Origin: Mobula hypostoma
Lineage: Eukaryota
Direction of reading: 5' to 3'
NCBI RefSeq assembly: GCF_963921235.1
Contig: NC_086106.1
Span: forward strand, 21,142,001 to 21,206,000
Length of the DNA stretch: 64,000 bases
This document shows positions 14,290 through 27,700 of this stretch, in pieces (position 1 is the first letter of the stretch; every line of letters begins with the position of its first letter). Position numbers and translations under genes: made by a program. A model generated the notes under the pieces. That model saw only the letters and a list, made by a program, of their open reading frames with translations. It did no database searches and had not been told where the DNA came from.

Positions 14290-16260
14290 AATTAAAATAT
14301 ATGACCATTAAAACAGCAGAAATAAATACTTGGAGCGATGATGTTGTGGCCATTACAGTGACTTGGATGGCTCGGGGACAGGAATGGTTACATCGACTGC
14401 CAGTCCTCAGATGTTTCAGAAAGTTCAGGCAAGGAGGCAAAAGAGGGAGCATGGTACTGTTGATCAGAGGTAGTGCCACAGCTGCAGAAAAGGAGGAAGA
14501 CATGGAGCGATTGTCTACGGAGTCTCTGTGGGTGGAAGATAGGAACAGGAAGGAGTAAATAACTCTACTGCGTGTTATTTATAGAATATCCAATGGTAAC
14601 AGAGATATAGACGAGGGGATAGGGAGACAGATACTGGAAAGTTGCAACAATAACAGGTTTGTTGTGGTGGGAGATTTTAATTTTGCTGATATCGATTGAA
14701 ATGTCCCAAGAGCGAGGGGGTTATATGCGGTGGACTTTGTTAGGTATGTTCAAGAATCTTTCCTGATACAATATGTAGATAACTGGAGGAGAGAGCTAAG
14801 CTACTTAATGAGTACATTGCTTCTGTATTCACTACAGAAAAGGATCTTGACGATTGTAGGAATGACTTACAGCGGACTGAAAAGCTTGAGCATGTAGATA
14901 TTAAGTAAAAAAGATGTGCTGTAGCGGTTAGAAAGCATCAAGTTGGATAAGGCACTGGGACCTGACGAAATGTACTCCAGGCTACTAGGAGAGGCGAGTG
15001 AGGAGATTGCTGTGCCTCAGGCGATGATCTTTGCATCATTAATGTGGACGGAAGAGGTTCCGGAGGATTGGAGAGTTTCGCATGGAGGTGTAGTGTATCT
15101 GGAGTTCAGCAGGGCATTTGACAAGTTACCACATGCAAGGCTTACAGTGAAAGTAAGGAGGCATGGGATCCAAAGTAACATTCCATTGTGGATCCGGATT
15201 TAGTTTCCCCACAGAAGTCCAAGTGGGGTTGTAAACGGGTGATATTGTGAATGGAGTTCAGTGACCAGTCGTGTGGCTGAGGGATCTGTTCTGGGACCGT
15301 TACTTTTCTTAATTTTTATAAATAACCTGGTTGAGGAAGTGGAGGGATGGGCAGTAAATTTGCTGATTACACAAAGGTTAGGGCAGTTGTGGATAGTGTG
15401 GAGGACTGTCACAGTTTACAGCAAAACTTTGATGTCATGCAAAACTAAGCAGAGAAGTGGCAGATGGAATCAAACTGGATAAGTGTGAAGGGGCTCATTA
15501 TGATCGGTCAAAAGTGACGACTGAATATAGTATTAATGCTAAGACAAAGCGGAGGATCAAAGGGATCTGTTGGTTTGAGTCCATAGGACACTCAAAGCTA
15601 CTGCACAGGTTAACTCCGTGTTTAGGAAAGTAAACGCTGCATTGGCCTTCATCAATCGTGTGACTGAGTTTATGAGAGAGAGGAAATATTGTAGCTCTAT
15701 AAGACCCTCGTCAGAGTCTACTTGGAGTACCGTCCTCAGTTCTGTTGCCTCACCATAGGAAGGATATGGAAACCATACAGAGGGTGTAGAGGGTATTTAC
15801 AAGGATGTTGCCTGGATTGTGGTGAATACCTTATGAGAATAGGTTGAGTGAACTCGGCATTCATTCCTTGGAGCGACAGAGAATGAGCGGTGACCTGTAA
15901 GAGGTTGTAAGGTGATGGAGGCTTTGATCGTGTGGATAGTCAGAGTTTTTTTTTTTCCCAGGACTGAAATGGCTCGCACCAGAGGGTACAGTTTTAAGGT
16001 GCTTGGAAGTAGACACAGAGGAGAAATCAGGTGTAAAGATTGTCACGCAGAGAGTGGTGAATTTGTGGATGGGATGCCGTCGACGGTAGTGCAGGCGGAT
16101 AGGATAGGATATTTTAGGAGACTCCTGAACAGGTACAAGGAACTCAGAAAAATAGAGGGCTATGGGGAACCCAATATATTTTCTAAGGTAAACACATGTT
16201 TGGCACAGCTTTGTAGGCTGAAGGGCCTGTATTGCACTGTCGGATTTCTATTATGTATGT
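14290..16260 (+). mobile_element. CR1 LINE ORF2 (EN-RT-3' end), degenerate
   Basis: DKALGPDEMYSRLL, VYLEFSRAFDKLPHARL, GSVLGPLLFLIFINNL; many stops and frameshifts. Confidence 0.9.
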
Positions 16261-16789
16261 TCTCAAATATCGTCCTATTACTAGAAGTCTCACCTCTGAC
16301 ATTCATAATCCTGCCCCTAAGCCCAATATGTCATCCGACAGTGTTCCCTGATCCTAGAACTACACTTATAACTTAAAAAAAAAGACGATTATGTCTAGTT
16401 GCCGTCTCAATGGGGACGGCAGTTAAGGATAATCATTAAAGTAAAAGTAAACGTTTTGATCCAAATGCATAAGATCAACCGCCCGTATAAGGCCAGCATC
16501 CTTCCAAGATTTGCCTATTCGATTTCCCATCTGAAAGCCCTCTAAAGGTTATTCTTTTAGAGGAAAATATGAATCTATTCCTCATGGATCTCAGAGATTG
16601 AAATTTGGTCAAGAAACCTACGAGAAAACCATTCAAACCATGTACAACCAAGTAGCAACTAATCGTGCATAACTTTAATAACAGCCGGAAACCGTCGTGT
16701 GAAAATCAACCCGTCAAGTTGAAGTGTTCCAACCCTATTCTGAGCGACTATTAGTTGGCAGACAGAGAAACTGGATTATATTCCTATTC

Positions 16790-17090
16790 CCATACAGTTG
16801 CTTGTGGAGACGCTGGCACATGTATAATAGGAAAGGAAGGGTATGTTTCATCCGGAGTTTCTCCGGTTAACGGATGATCGCCCTCCACGCTTCTCTGACG
16901 TTGTGGGGATCCTTGTAAGAGGCAAGTTACAGCAGTGGTTTGCCATTGCCTCCTGCCGGCTGGGTTTCCAAAGAGATCACCGGCTCGAAACTCAGCACGC
17001 ATTGAAAGCGTGCAGGAGAGTCGGCTGGATTCGAACTCGGGCGCTTTCGTCCCAAAGTCCGGCACTGATGCCAACCAGCCAGGACACACA
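16790..17090 (-). mobile_element. tRNA-derived SINE-like repeat
   Basis: B-box-like GAGTTCGAATC on the minus strand at about 17028-17038. The segment cagtggtttgccattgcctcc recurs at about 41073. Confidence 0.55.
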
Positions 17091-18932
17091 TTTATAATAG
17101 CGAATTTAAAAAGCAGACGTGCAGATTTTGAACTCTTCAGAATGGTGCATCGCTGCCGATATCGATTATACAGAGGGCCATTAAATTGCTAAATTTGGTT
17201 TAATATTGGCACATTTCCTGAGACACAGTGAAAAGTGTGCTTTGCATGCTAACAATATTACTCATTTGAAACATAATTACATTGACGTTGATCAACGGAG
17301 AGTCAATAAGAAAACGTTGAATAAGGTTTTACATTTACAAATAGAAGAGCAAAAAGATGCTAACTGGCGAAGTCATGACGTGGTGGACTGTGAGGTCAAG
17401 AAATGAAAATATCGCACTGGTGTACTGTTAAAATAGCTGGGCACTATCTGTCTCAGAGCTTTGTTCTAAGTGCTTTAAGGCTTATGTGTTTTATACAAGA
17501 TAGGAAGGTGCAGTTTAGTGAGAAATTTCTGGTGCTAGCTGTCCTTGCTTAAACTAACTGCTGTTCCGATGCTGCGAGAAATATAGCCCGAATGAAGGGG
17601 AGGCTAGTTCTTGTGTTTCTGTCGGGTTTGGATGCTGCAGGTGCTATACCAAACTACAATCCATCTAGACAGAATATATTCAGTGCTGCACCCGTAGAGA
17701 ATATCGCGTATCAATGGGTACAAGCCGAATGTTCGTTATCCTTCTAAAGGAGTAGAAACACTGGCTCATTTTCTCCTCATAAGTCAACATATTCGGAAAC
17801 AATCAAACCATAGTTGAAACCTTCCTCTTGGAACGTGTAATGCTCAATCCGGCCATGCTCATGACAGCTGAGATAATCGGAAGCAGGTACAATATTCTCA
17901 AACGATATCCCTTCAGTCAATGACTGGCTACTTTGTTGTGTTATCATCGAGGGAAACGTTTTTACAATGGCAAAATATCCTTAGTCAATCGATCTCATTT
18001 ATTCATTCGGACTCCTGCTATTTGTGTTGTAGCCTGCTACACAGGTGCTATCTGCAAACGTTCAGAGGGAGATAGAGCTGGGTATTGCCATGTAATTGTA
18101 TGTCTACAGTGATTAAAATGAGATCGGTGTTTTGAGAACGTAGTTTTCTGGCGCACGAGTGTTCAGGATAGTCGTGAAGGAGTTGTAGCTGGTTATCCTA
18201 CTGTTCGGTATCTGATTGTCAGAGTATGAATGATCCAATTCCAAAAGGCAATACTGAGTTGCATGTCCAAGTGTGTGGGATGTTCCCCTGGAATCATGGG
18301 ATTGAATGTGGAGTTATTGTCAATAAACTATAGTCTTACGCAGGTGGATTTATTTTCTTATTTTCCGGAGATATTTCTTGGACCAGAGAGACGGCGACTG
18401 TCATGAATCTGCTTCAGCGGTATGTAGGTTTACAATTGCCCAAAATAAATTTTATGAGGACATGTTCCATGATTGGTAAAAGCCAGCTCCTTTGACTGGG
18501 CAATTCCTGAACTAAGGCAGTCGTGGTAACGATATTTGATTCCTACATTTAACTTGCTTAAAGTTGTAGGCGTTTTATACAGGAAAAGTCTTTTGAGATC
18601 CAGTTATCCCATGGATTGGCTCCCTCAGGTGCGCCTTTCAACATTCCGTATTTAAGTGCTGCGTTGCCTTATGAATTGATGTTCTGTTGCGCTAGTGTTA
18701 TTTGCGGCTGAAAGATGGTGAAATTATTCGTAGAAGACTTGAAATTTGACGCCTCTATTATTTCTTGTTTGCTTCCTGAAGCCGGCGCTGACGCTTCGAT
18801 CGGAAGTTCATCTGGTTTCCGCTCCATCTGTCTGTGAACGGCTGTAAATGTGCTATCTAGTGATACGGCACCTGGATCTGCGATGCCCCACGAATAGACA
18901 CGAAGCAGGATTATAATACCATCGATAAAGCT

Positions 18933-18971
18933 AGTTTTTGCGATAGGATGCAACTAGTTTCACTCACCGTG
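18933..18971 (-). other. 23-bp-spacer RSS of the TCR V segment
   Basis: Heptamer CACGGTG (18965-18971), 23-nt spacer, nonamer GCAAAAACT (18933-18941). Confidence 0.92.
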
Positions 18972-19281
18972 AGGCTCAGGGCGCAATAATACACAGCAGT
19001 GTCTTCAGTCTGGAGACCCCAGATAGATAATCTAGAGACTGATTGCTCCGTGTCGAGATCGGCAGAGAAACGTTTTTGCAACAACTCTCCTTTCGTTTCC
19101 TGTGAGTTCCAAGAACGTCTCCATACAATAAACTGCAGTTTGTTCTGTGCTGATTGTCTGTACCAGTGCAAATAATAGTCGAGTTCTGTGGTACTGTAGG
19201 CACAGTTTAGAGTCACGATTTCACTAGATCTCTTTACTTCTAAAGTCTGGTATTGAGTGACTGAAGCGGCGGAACTCTGGG
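18972..19281 (-). CDS. TCR alpha/delta-type V gene segment (V exon), open frame
   Basis: Acceptor tttttcacag, phase 1, then QSSA-ASVTQYQTLEVKRSSEIVTLNCAYSTTELDYYLHWYRQSAQNKLQFIVW...KRFSADLDTEQSVSRLSIWGLQTEDTAVYYCALS. Canonical Cys, WYRQ and YYC are present, ending at the 23-RSS. Confidence 0.93.
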
Positions 19282-19619
19282 CTGTGAAAAAGATTCAAGG
19301 TAAAGAGAGAAGCATAACGGTCATTAGACGCTGGCAGTGAATAACTATTCAATTTCAAAACTTTACACCATAACATCCGATATAGCCTACCGTGTTGAAG
19401 AACATTGTGCACCACACGGAAAATAGATTGGAAAAAGGAATAGCTTACAATAATATCTGCAGGCTGTTTTATTCTTGTAGGGTCTTTTGCAATGCCTTTC
19501 GTGATCAGAGGTTGCTATGAAAAAGCCGAGACAGCGAGCTCTCTAGGACACCTGCTTTGTTAGGAATCGGGGTTCGAAACCAGTGTATGGCAGCTTAATT
19601 TCTATGTATTTTTATTTTA

Positions 19620-19885
19620 TTGATATGGAACGGAGAATAGGGCTTTCGGGCACTTCGAGGCACGCTGCCTAGCAATCCGCAAATTTACTCCAGCCAAATC
19701 GTAGGAAACTACTCAATGGCCAGTTTACTATCAACCTCGTAAGTGGGAGGAAACCGTGGCGACTAGAAGAAGTTGTCACTGTCACGGGGAGAAAGTTCAA
19801 ACTCTGCATTTCAGCTTTGGGAATTGAGTCGATGTCGCCTGTGCTGTAAAGTGTTCTGCAAAGCATTGCACTCCCGTGCCACCCA
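19620..19885 (-). mobile_element. tRNA-derived SINE (elasmobranch HE1-like), degenerate
   Basis: A-box-like gggtggcacgg and B-box-like gactcaattccc on the minus strand. A related decayed copy lies at about 7500-7690. Confidence 0.65.
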
Positions 19886-19959
19886 AACTAAATTGTGTAT
19901 ATAAGTGCTGAGCATATTTTTACGGATGCAGCCGACGTTAGAAGCACTATCCTGAAAGG

Positions 19960-20284
19960 GAAGGTTGTGCTTGTCAGCCGTGTTTGGTAGCTCATCCAAA
20001 ACACAGGAAACTCTTTTTTTACACGACTGCTGTCTAGCGGCTATACCGACTGACAGGAAAACTTCGCCAGTAAAATCTGAGGCGAAATTGGCAACTCGAG
20101 TCCATTGGACAGCAGTATGTTGAGTTAAACGCTGACTGCCAGCCCCTGCGACGCGCTTATGCCAGACCCCATTGATCACTGCTGTTCTTTTCGATTTATC
20201 ATTTTCGTGAGCACGTATCGTGCCACCTTGGCTTGCGTTGCAACTTCGACAGATAGGATATAGCATCCTGACCATTGGTGTGCC
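19960..20284 (-). pseudogene. Candidate decayed V-like exon
   Basis: Acceptor ctctttag 222 nt below the leader donor. The translation includes ASQGGTI and INGVWHKRVAGAGSQRL, which aligns by eye with ITGQFFKQRQPGTVRERI of the NAR V at 51.5 kb. The first Cys is out of frame and there is no RSS. Confidence 0.4.
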
Positions 20285-20506
20285 TAAAGAGGTGTGGTGA
20301 ACTCCCAACAGGGAAAAATACCTTCAAATACAAGGCTCAAGATTTCCTATCTCGCTGCTGATTTCAAACCATAAAATCCGTTTAATGTCAGCAAAGTTGT
20401 ATTAATCCGAGGTGCAACAAAAATTAAAATATTCATGCATATTTTAACCGAAATAAACTAGATGACTTTTATTTAATTTATACTGCCTATGTGCTAAGAT
20501 ACTCAC

Positions 20507-20549
20507 GGAGCCAACATGCAGAAATGATGAAAGTGAGGAAGATTGTCAT
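20507..20549 (-). CDS. Leader (signal peptide) exon, IgNAR-type
   Basis: 43 nt, ATG ACA ATC TTC CTC ACT TTC ATC ATT TCT GCA TGT TGG CTC C|GTGAGT = MTIFLTFIISACWL, phase 1. Resembles the IgNAR leader MNIFLLSVLLAWLP. The upstream flank shares GGTCAGATG with the leader at 51.8 kb. Confidence 0.8.
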
Positions 20550-21429
20550 CGTTTTATCAGAGGTCAGATGATTTGAGTTACGGGAACCTGAAAGCTGGTA
20601 TATTTTCATCGTCCGTTTCTTAAAGGTGCGTGATGCGATTTCAGAAGCGTGATTAAGTTCCACTGCAACTCTGTTCTGGATGTCCTTAATAGTTGGCATA
20701 GACCCGAAGCATTAGCTTTGTTCTGTGTACAAATTGGACCTATTTGAGGGAGCGCATTATCCCTTTCTATTGGCTCATCCGACTCAATAATTAAGCCCCT
20801 CCTAGTAGAAACTAAGGTAATGGTAGTCTGCAGAGGAAGGCAGCAAGTCGACGCTGGAAGCCATTTAATATTTACACTCCTGTTTGCTGCACTTCGAGGA
20901 GGGAGAAATTGGATGCATTTGTTTCTTTTTTTTTTCAATGGAAGTGGATTGGAGCGAAATCACATTTTATATTCTATTTAAATCACTAGAAACCACGATG
21001 ATGTTTATTCCGAAGAAGGGCCCACCGTCTCATTCTTTCTCTCCTGCTGCACGGGGTCTGAGCGATTGTCTGAAAGTGAGACAGTACAAGGAATGACAGA
21101 AAAGTGTACATTTCAGGGGAAGAATTTTATCCTACTTCACACTTGGAAAAAAGTCCCATCCTGAGCACAGGAACAGCAAGGAATTGCAATTAATAAGTTG
21201 TCACACGCGTTAATGAAGCACAAGCACATTTTAATTCATTAGCAGGTGTGATAACAGCACTGGTATTTATTTTATATCGGGTCATTATTTTAAATCGTTG
21301 CCTCGTTCTGTCCATCAACAGGAGTCCTGAAAACAATCGCCTGGATTATTCATGACATTTCTAGATGATCAATATCGAAATGTCTCTCCGTACAACTGAG
21401 TGTTGGCCGCATGATTGGTCCCGAAGTGG

Positions 21430-24400
21430 ACCAATATCCATGCGGGAAGGTTTAATAGAGCTGTTAGGGAGGGTTTAAACTAACTTGGCAGGGAGATGGG
21501 AAGCAGAACGACAGAGCGGAGGAAGGGGAAAACAGAAATAAATCTAAGATAGTGAGCAGTAAAGACGTCAGGAAAGACAGGCAGGTGATGGGCAAATTGG
21601 TAGCAATTGGGATGAGTTGAAGTGCAATAAAGTTGCAGTGAAATCAAAGCGAAAAGTACCAAATCTGGTCTTAGGGTGTTGTACTTAAATGCATGCAGCA
21701 TAAGGAATAAGGTGGATGATCTTGTCGTACAGCTACAGATTGGCAGGTATGATATTGTGGCCATCACTAAGACCTTGGTAAAGGATGCATGTCTCTGGGA
21801 GGTGAACGACCAATGATACACGGTGTATCGGAAGGATAGGAAGGTAGGCAGAGAGGAGGCGTGGCTTTATTGGTAAGAAATGATATTAAATCTTTAGAAA
21901 GAGGCGATATAGGATCGGAAGGTACAGAATCTTTATGGTTTGAGCTAAGAAATAGCAGGGGTAAAAGTACACAGATGGCACTTATTTAAAGGCCTCCAAA
22001 CAGCTGCAGGGATGTGGACTACAAATTACAACTGGAAATAGAAAAGGCTTGTCAGAAGGGCAGTGTTATAATAATTGTGTGGGATTTTAAGAAGCAAGTG
22101 GATTGGGAAAATCAGGTCGGCACTTGATCTCAAGAGAGAGAATTTGTAGAATGTCTACGAAATGGCTTTTTAGAACAGCTTTTGTTGAGCCCACTAGGGG
22201 ATCTGCAGTACTGGATTGCGTATTGTGTACTGAACCGGAGGTGATTAGAGAGATTGAGGTGAAGGAACCCTTAGGAGGCAGTGATCATAACATGATCGAG
22301 TTCACTGTGAAATTTGAAAAAGAGAAGCCGAAATCTGACGTGTCGGTATTTCAGTGGAGTAAAGGAAAATTGCTTTGGCGTTAGAGAGGAACTGGCCAAA
22401 GCTGACTGGAAAGGGACAATGGCGGGAAAGATAGCAGAGCAGCAGTGGCTGGAGTTTATGCGAGAAATGAGGAAGATGCAAGACTGGTATATTCCGAAAA
22501 AGAAGACATTTTCGAGTGGAAAAAGGATGCAGCCGTGGCTGACAAGAAAAGTCAAAGCCAAAGTTAAAGCAAAGGAAAGGACATACAAGGAAGCAAAAAA
22601 ATACTGGGAGGACGAGAGGACTGAGAAGTTTTTAAAACGTTGCAAAAGGAAACCAAGAGGTCATTAAGAGGGTAAAGGTTAACTATGAAAGGAAGCTAGC
22701 AAATAATATCAAAAAGGATACTAAAAGCTTGTTCAAGTATATAAAGAGTAAAAAAAAACAGGTGAGAGTAGATATAGGATCGATAGAAAATGATGCTGGA
22801 GAAATTGTAATGGGAGATAAGGAGATGGCAGAGGAATTGAACGAGTAGTTTTCATCAGTCTTCACTGAGGAAAATATCAACAGTATACTGGACTCTCGAG
22901 GGTGGCAGGGAAGAGAGCGTGCGCAGTCACAATTACAACAGAGAAAGTACTCAGGAAGGTAAATAATCTAAAGGTAGATAAATCTCCTGGACCAGACGGA
23001 ATGCACACTCGTGTTCTGAAAGAAGTAGCTGTGGAGATTGCGGAGGCATTAGCGATGATCTTTCAAAAGTCGATATATTTTGGCATGGTTCTTGATGATT
23101 GGAAGATTGCAAATGTCATTCCGCTATTTAAGATGGGGGCAAGGAAGCAAAAATGAAATTATAGACTTATTAGCTTGTCATCGGTGGTTGGCAAGTTGTT
23201 GGAGTCGATTGTCAAGGATGAGGTTACAGAGTACCTGGAGGCATATGACAAGATAGACAGAACAAAGCATGGATTCCTTAAAGGAAAATCCTGCCTGACA
23301 AAGCTATTATAATATTTTGAAGAAATTACCAGTAGGCTAGTCAAGGGAGATGCACAGCATGTTGTATATTTGGATTTTCAGAAGGCCTTTGACAAGGTAC
23401 CACACATGAGGCTACTTAACAAGATAAGAGCCCATGGAATCACGGGAAAGTTACATACGTAGATAGAGCGTTGGCTGATTGGCTGGAAATAAAGAATCGG
23501 AATAAAGGAATCCTCTTCTGGTTGGCTGCCGGTTAGCAGTGGTGGTCCACAGGGGTCTCTGTTGGGGCCGCTTCACTTTACATTGTACATCAACGAATTG
23601 GATTATGGAATAGATGGCTTTGTGGCTAAGTTTGCTGACGATACGAAGGTAGGTGGAGGCGCCGGTAGTGCTGAGGAAACCAAGAGTCTGCAGAGAGACT
23701 TGGATAGTTGGAAGAATGGGCAGAGAAGTGGCAAATGCAGTACGATGTTGGAAAGTGTATGGTCATGCACTTTGGCAAAAGAAAATGGACAGACTATTAT
23801 TTAAATAGGGAAATAATTCAAAAGTTCTGATATGCGACGGGACTTGGGAGACTTGTACAGGATACCCTTAAAGTTAACCTCCAGGTTGAGTCAGTATTGA
23901 AGAAGGCGAATGCAATGTTGGCATTCATTTCTAGAGGAATAGAGTATAGGGGCAGGGATGTGATGTTGAGGGTCTATAAGGCGCTCGTGAGACCTCACTT
24001 GGAGTACTGTGGGCAGTTTTGGTCTCCTTACTTAAGAAAGGATGTGCTGACGTTGGAAAGGGTACAGAAGAGATTCACTGGAATGATTCCGAGACTGAGA
24101 GGGTTAACATATGATTAACGTTTGTCCGCTCTTGGACTGTATTCCTTGGAGTTTAGAAGAATGAGGGGAGACCTCTTAGAAACATTTCGAATGGTGAAAG
24201 GCATGGACAGAGTGGATGTGGTAAAGTTGTTTCCCATGATGGGGGAGTCTAGCATGAGAAGGCATGACATAAGGATTGAACATTCAGAACAGAAATGCGA
24301 AGATTTTTTTTTTGGTCAGAGGGTGGTGAATTTATGGAATTTGTTGCCACGGGCAGAGGCAAGTCTTTGGGTGTATTTAAGGCAGAGTTTGATAGGTAAC

Positions 24401-24560
24401 TGAGTAGCCAGGGCATCAAAGGTTATGGTGAGAAGGCCGGGGAGTGGGACTAAATGGGAGAATGGATCAGCTCATGATAAAATGGCGGAGCAGACTCGAT
24501 GGGCCGATTGGCCGACGTCTACTCATTTGTCTTGTGGTCTTACGGTCTTATGGTCTAAAT
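21430..24560 (+). mobile_element. CR1 LINE, near-complete ORF2, degenerate
   Basis: EN (LNACSIRNK, EPTRGSAVLDCVL), RT (KSPGPDGMHTRVL, KFADDTKVGG), C-terminus (HLEYCGQFWSPY) and a (tggtctta)n-like 3' tail at about 24530-24558. Confidence 0.93.
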
Positions 24561-24569
24561 AATTATGTG

Positions 24570-24690
24570 ATTTTTAAAAATCAGTTGGCTGGAACAGTGA
24601 CAATTTGGTCTGTCATATTAAATTGAATGAATACCATTATATTTGAAATTAATGTTGTTAATTTTGTTGAGATCTGTTTCCACGTTGAGA
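24570..24690 (-). mobile_element. Tc1 TIR-like fragment
   Basis: Diverged similarity to the TIR region at 7.85-8.0 kb and 8.82-8.88 kb. Confidence 0.45.
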
Positions 24691-24704
24691 CGAACGGATC
24701 ACTT

Positions 24705-27700
24705 TCATTCTTTTTAAATCTTTTTATTAATTTTCAAAATATAAACACAATAACAATGTTAATGCAAAGAGATTGGAATAATCTTAATAAACATATACAC
24801 AAAAGATTTTAAGTAACATAGGTATAATAGATTTGCAAACTCATATTGGAATTAGTCATAAACAAATAAAAAAAGAAAACAAAGTATATATATAAACATA
24901 GAAAACACTACCCCCGCCCCAAAGAAGAGGGAAAAAAGAAACAACTAAATACTAAACACCCAAAAGAAAGCAAACAAAACAAAGCAGGGCTACACACGTT
25001 CAGTAATGTCGTCAACTCCGCTCCTCTATTCATAACTTTGAAGTTAATAAAGAAGATTCCGAAAGGTCAAATTACATCATATGAAAATGTTGCATAAAAG
25101 ATTTCCAAGTTCCATCAAATTTAACAGAAGGATCAAAAATATCTCTTCTATTTTTTTTCTAAATGTAAACTTAATATAGTTTGGGAAAACCATTGGACTA
25201 TCGTAGGAGGATTGGTTTCGTTACAGTTCAATAAAATAGATCTTCTGGCCATTACCGTAACAAATGCTATCATGCAACTGAGTGAAGAAAACAACGATTT
25301 ATGTTCTACCATTGGAAATCCAAAAATTGCCGTAATGGGATGAGATTGTAAATCAAAACATAGAACTGTTGTGATAATATCAAAAATATCTTCCCAATAT
25401 TTTTCCGAAAGAGAACGGGACCAATGCATATGAGTTAAAGAAGCCACCTCAGAGGGACATCTGTCACAAATAGGATTTATACGGGAATAAAAGCGGGCTA
25501 ATGTATTTTTAGACATTTTGGCTCTCTGCACTATAAATTTATTAATGTATGTTTAGCAAATTTGGAAAAAAGTACTAACTAATTGAAAAATGTTATCCAA
25601 TTTTCTATAGGTAGACACAGTTGAATTTCCCTTTCCCAGCCATTTTTAATTTTATTAGATATATCTGGCTGTAATTTCATAACTATATCATAGATAATTG
25701 CTACTAATCCTTTCTAGAAAGGATTTAAACCTAAAAAGTTATCAGTAATCTCAGTAGGATATGAAGTCAGAAAGGTAGGCAACGTTGTGTATAAAAATAA
25801 TAAATCTTATTTGTAAGTATCCAAAAAAATGGGATCTAGGGAAATCACACTCCTTAGATAACTGTCCAAAAGACATTTAACAGCTGTCCAGAAATAAGTC
25901 ACGAAAACATGATATAATTTCGTTTTCCATATCAAAAATGTTTGGTCCATAACCGAGGGTTGAAAAAAAAGAAATTAGATATAACAGGACCTGATAACAT
26001 AAATTTGTTCAAACCAAAAAATCTTACGAAATTGAAACCGTATTCGCAATGTATGTTTAACTATAGGGTTAAGCATTTATTTATTTATTTATTTTAGATA
26101 GTACAAAAGGAAGTGAAGTTCCTAAAATGGAAGCCAAAGAGAACCACTTGTACAGAGCAGTGTTCAAGGTTTACAAAATGTGGACTCGGAGGTATATTCC
26201 AATCTTCTGTACAGAATATTAAGTATCTAATAGCAATTGCCCAATAACAACATTTTAGGTTAGACAATGCCAAACGACCATCTTTCTTGGATTTCTGTAA
26301 ATATTTTTTACTTAATCTGGGATTTTTGTTTTGCCATACATAGGAGGAAATTTTAGAATCAATAGTATCAAAAAAAGATTTAGGAATACAAATTGGTATC
26401 ATTTGAAATAAATATTTAAAAAATGGTAAAATAATCATGTTAATGGCATTGATTCGGCCAATCAATGATAGAGACAATGGGGACCACTTAGTAATCAGTT
26501 GTTTAACCGGATTAATTAACTGTAAAAGGAGAAAATTGAATAGATCCTTATATCTCTTTGTAATTTGAACTCCCAAATAAGTAAAATAGTCAGTAGTCAC
26601 TCTAAACGGAGAATTTCCATAAATGGGAACCTGCTCATTAAATGGGAAAATTTCACTCTTACATAGGTTCAATTTGTAACCAGAAAAAAAACTACTAAAC
26701 TGAGCGAGCAAAGTTAATACTGCCGGAATAGATTTTCCTGCGTTAGAAATATATAATAGTAAATCATCTGCATTAGTGATAATTTATGAGTCTCATTTCC
26801 ACGGGTAATGCCAAAGATATTAGGGCAGTCACGAATAGCAATACCCAGCAGTTCCAAAGCAATGTCAAATAGTAGTGGACTAAGAGGACAGCCCTGCCTA
26901 GTACCACGGAATAGATGGAAAAGAGGAGATCTTTGATTGTTAGTAAATACCGGAGCCAAAGGAGTAAGATACATCAGTTTAGTCCAGGATATAAATATAG
27001 AACTAAAATTAAATTTCTCAAGGGTGTTAAGTAAATATGTCCATTCAACTCTGTCAAAAGCTTTCTCAGCGTAAAATGAAATAACACATTCTGGAATTCT
27101 TGGTGAAGGTGTATAGACAATATTAATTATCTCCTAATATCTTAAGAAGAGTAACATTTTTTAATAAATCATTTGAGGTAATACATTCTCCAATCTCATT
27201 ACCAGTATTTTAAGAAAAAAACCTTAGAATCCACAGTCAGCAAAGATATAGGCTTCTAAGATGCACAGTCAGTGGGATCCTTATCTTTGTTTTTGATGAT
27301 TGGAGAACTATATTTTGAGAATTTTGAGAACTGAAACTCTGCATAACCAAAGAATCAGTCCAGTAGAGAAAAAATTAAAAATTCTACCGTATATCCGTCT
27401 GTTCCAATGCTATACATGAGTTCATCAAAGGCATTGCATTCTTTATTTCTTCTACTGTAATAGTTACGTCTAGTTTTGAAAGTTCATTAGATGATAATTT
27501 TGGAATATTAAATTTCTTTAAAAACTCATGCATTTTAGTGGAATCATCAGGTTATTCTGATTGATATAGGAAGGTATAAAATTCTTGAAAGGATTTATTT
27601 ATCTCTTCATGGTCAACCGTCAAAGTGCCATCTTGTTTACGAATCTTAAGAATCTGTCGTTTAACTGAGGCCGATTTCAATTGATTAGCCAATAGTTTCC

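Noticed and set aside
17224-17230. Perfect CACAGTG heptamer (others at about 5346, 7796, 12298, 13833)
   Set aside because: No acceptable nonamer and no adjacent V/D/J; some lie inside repeats.
18814-18852. CACATTT-23-GCGGAAACC on the minus strand below the 19-kb V, a possible second RSS
   Set aside because: Heptamer 4/7 and nonamer 6/9, 80 nt from the true RSS; compatible with chance.
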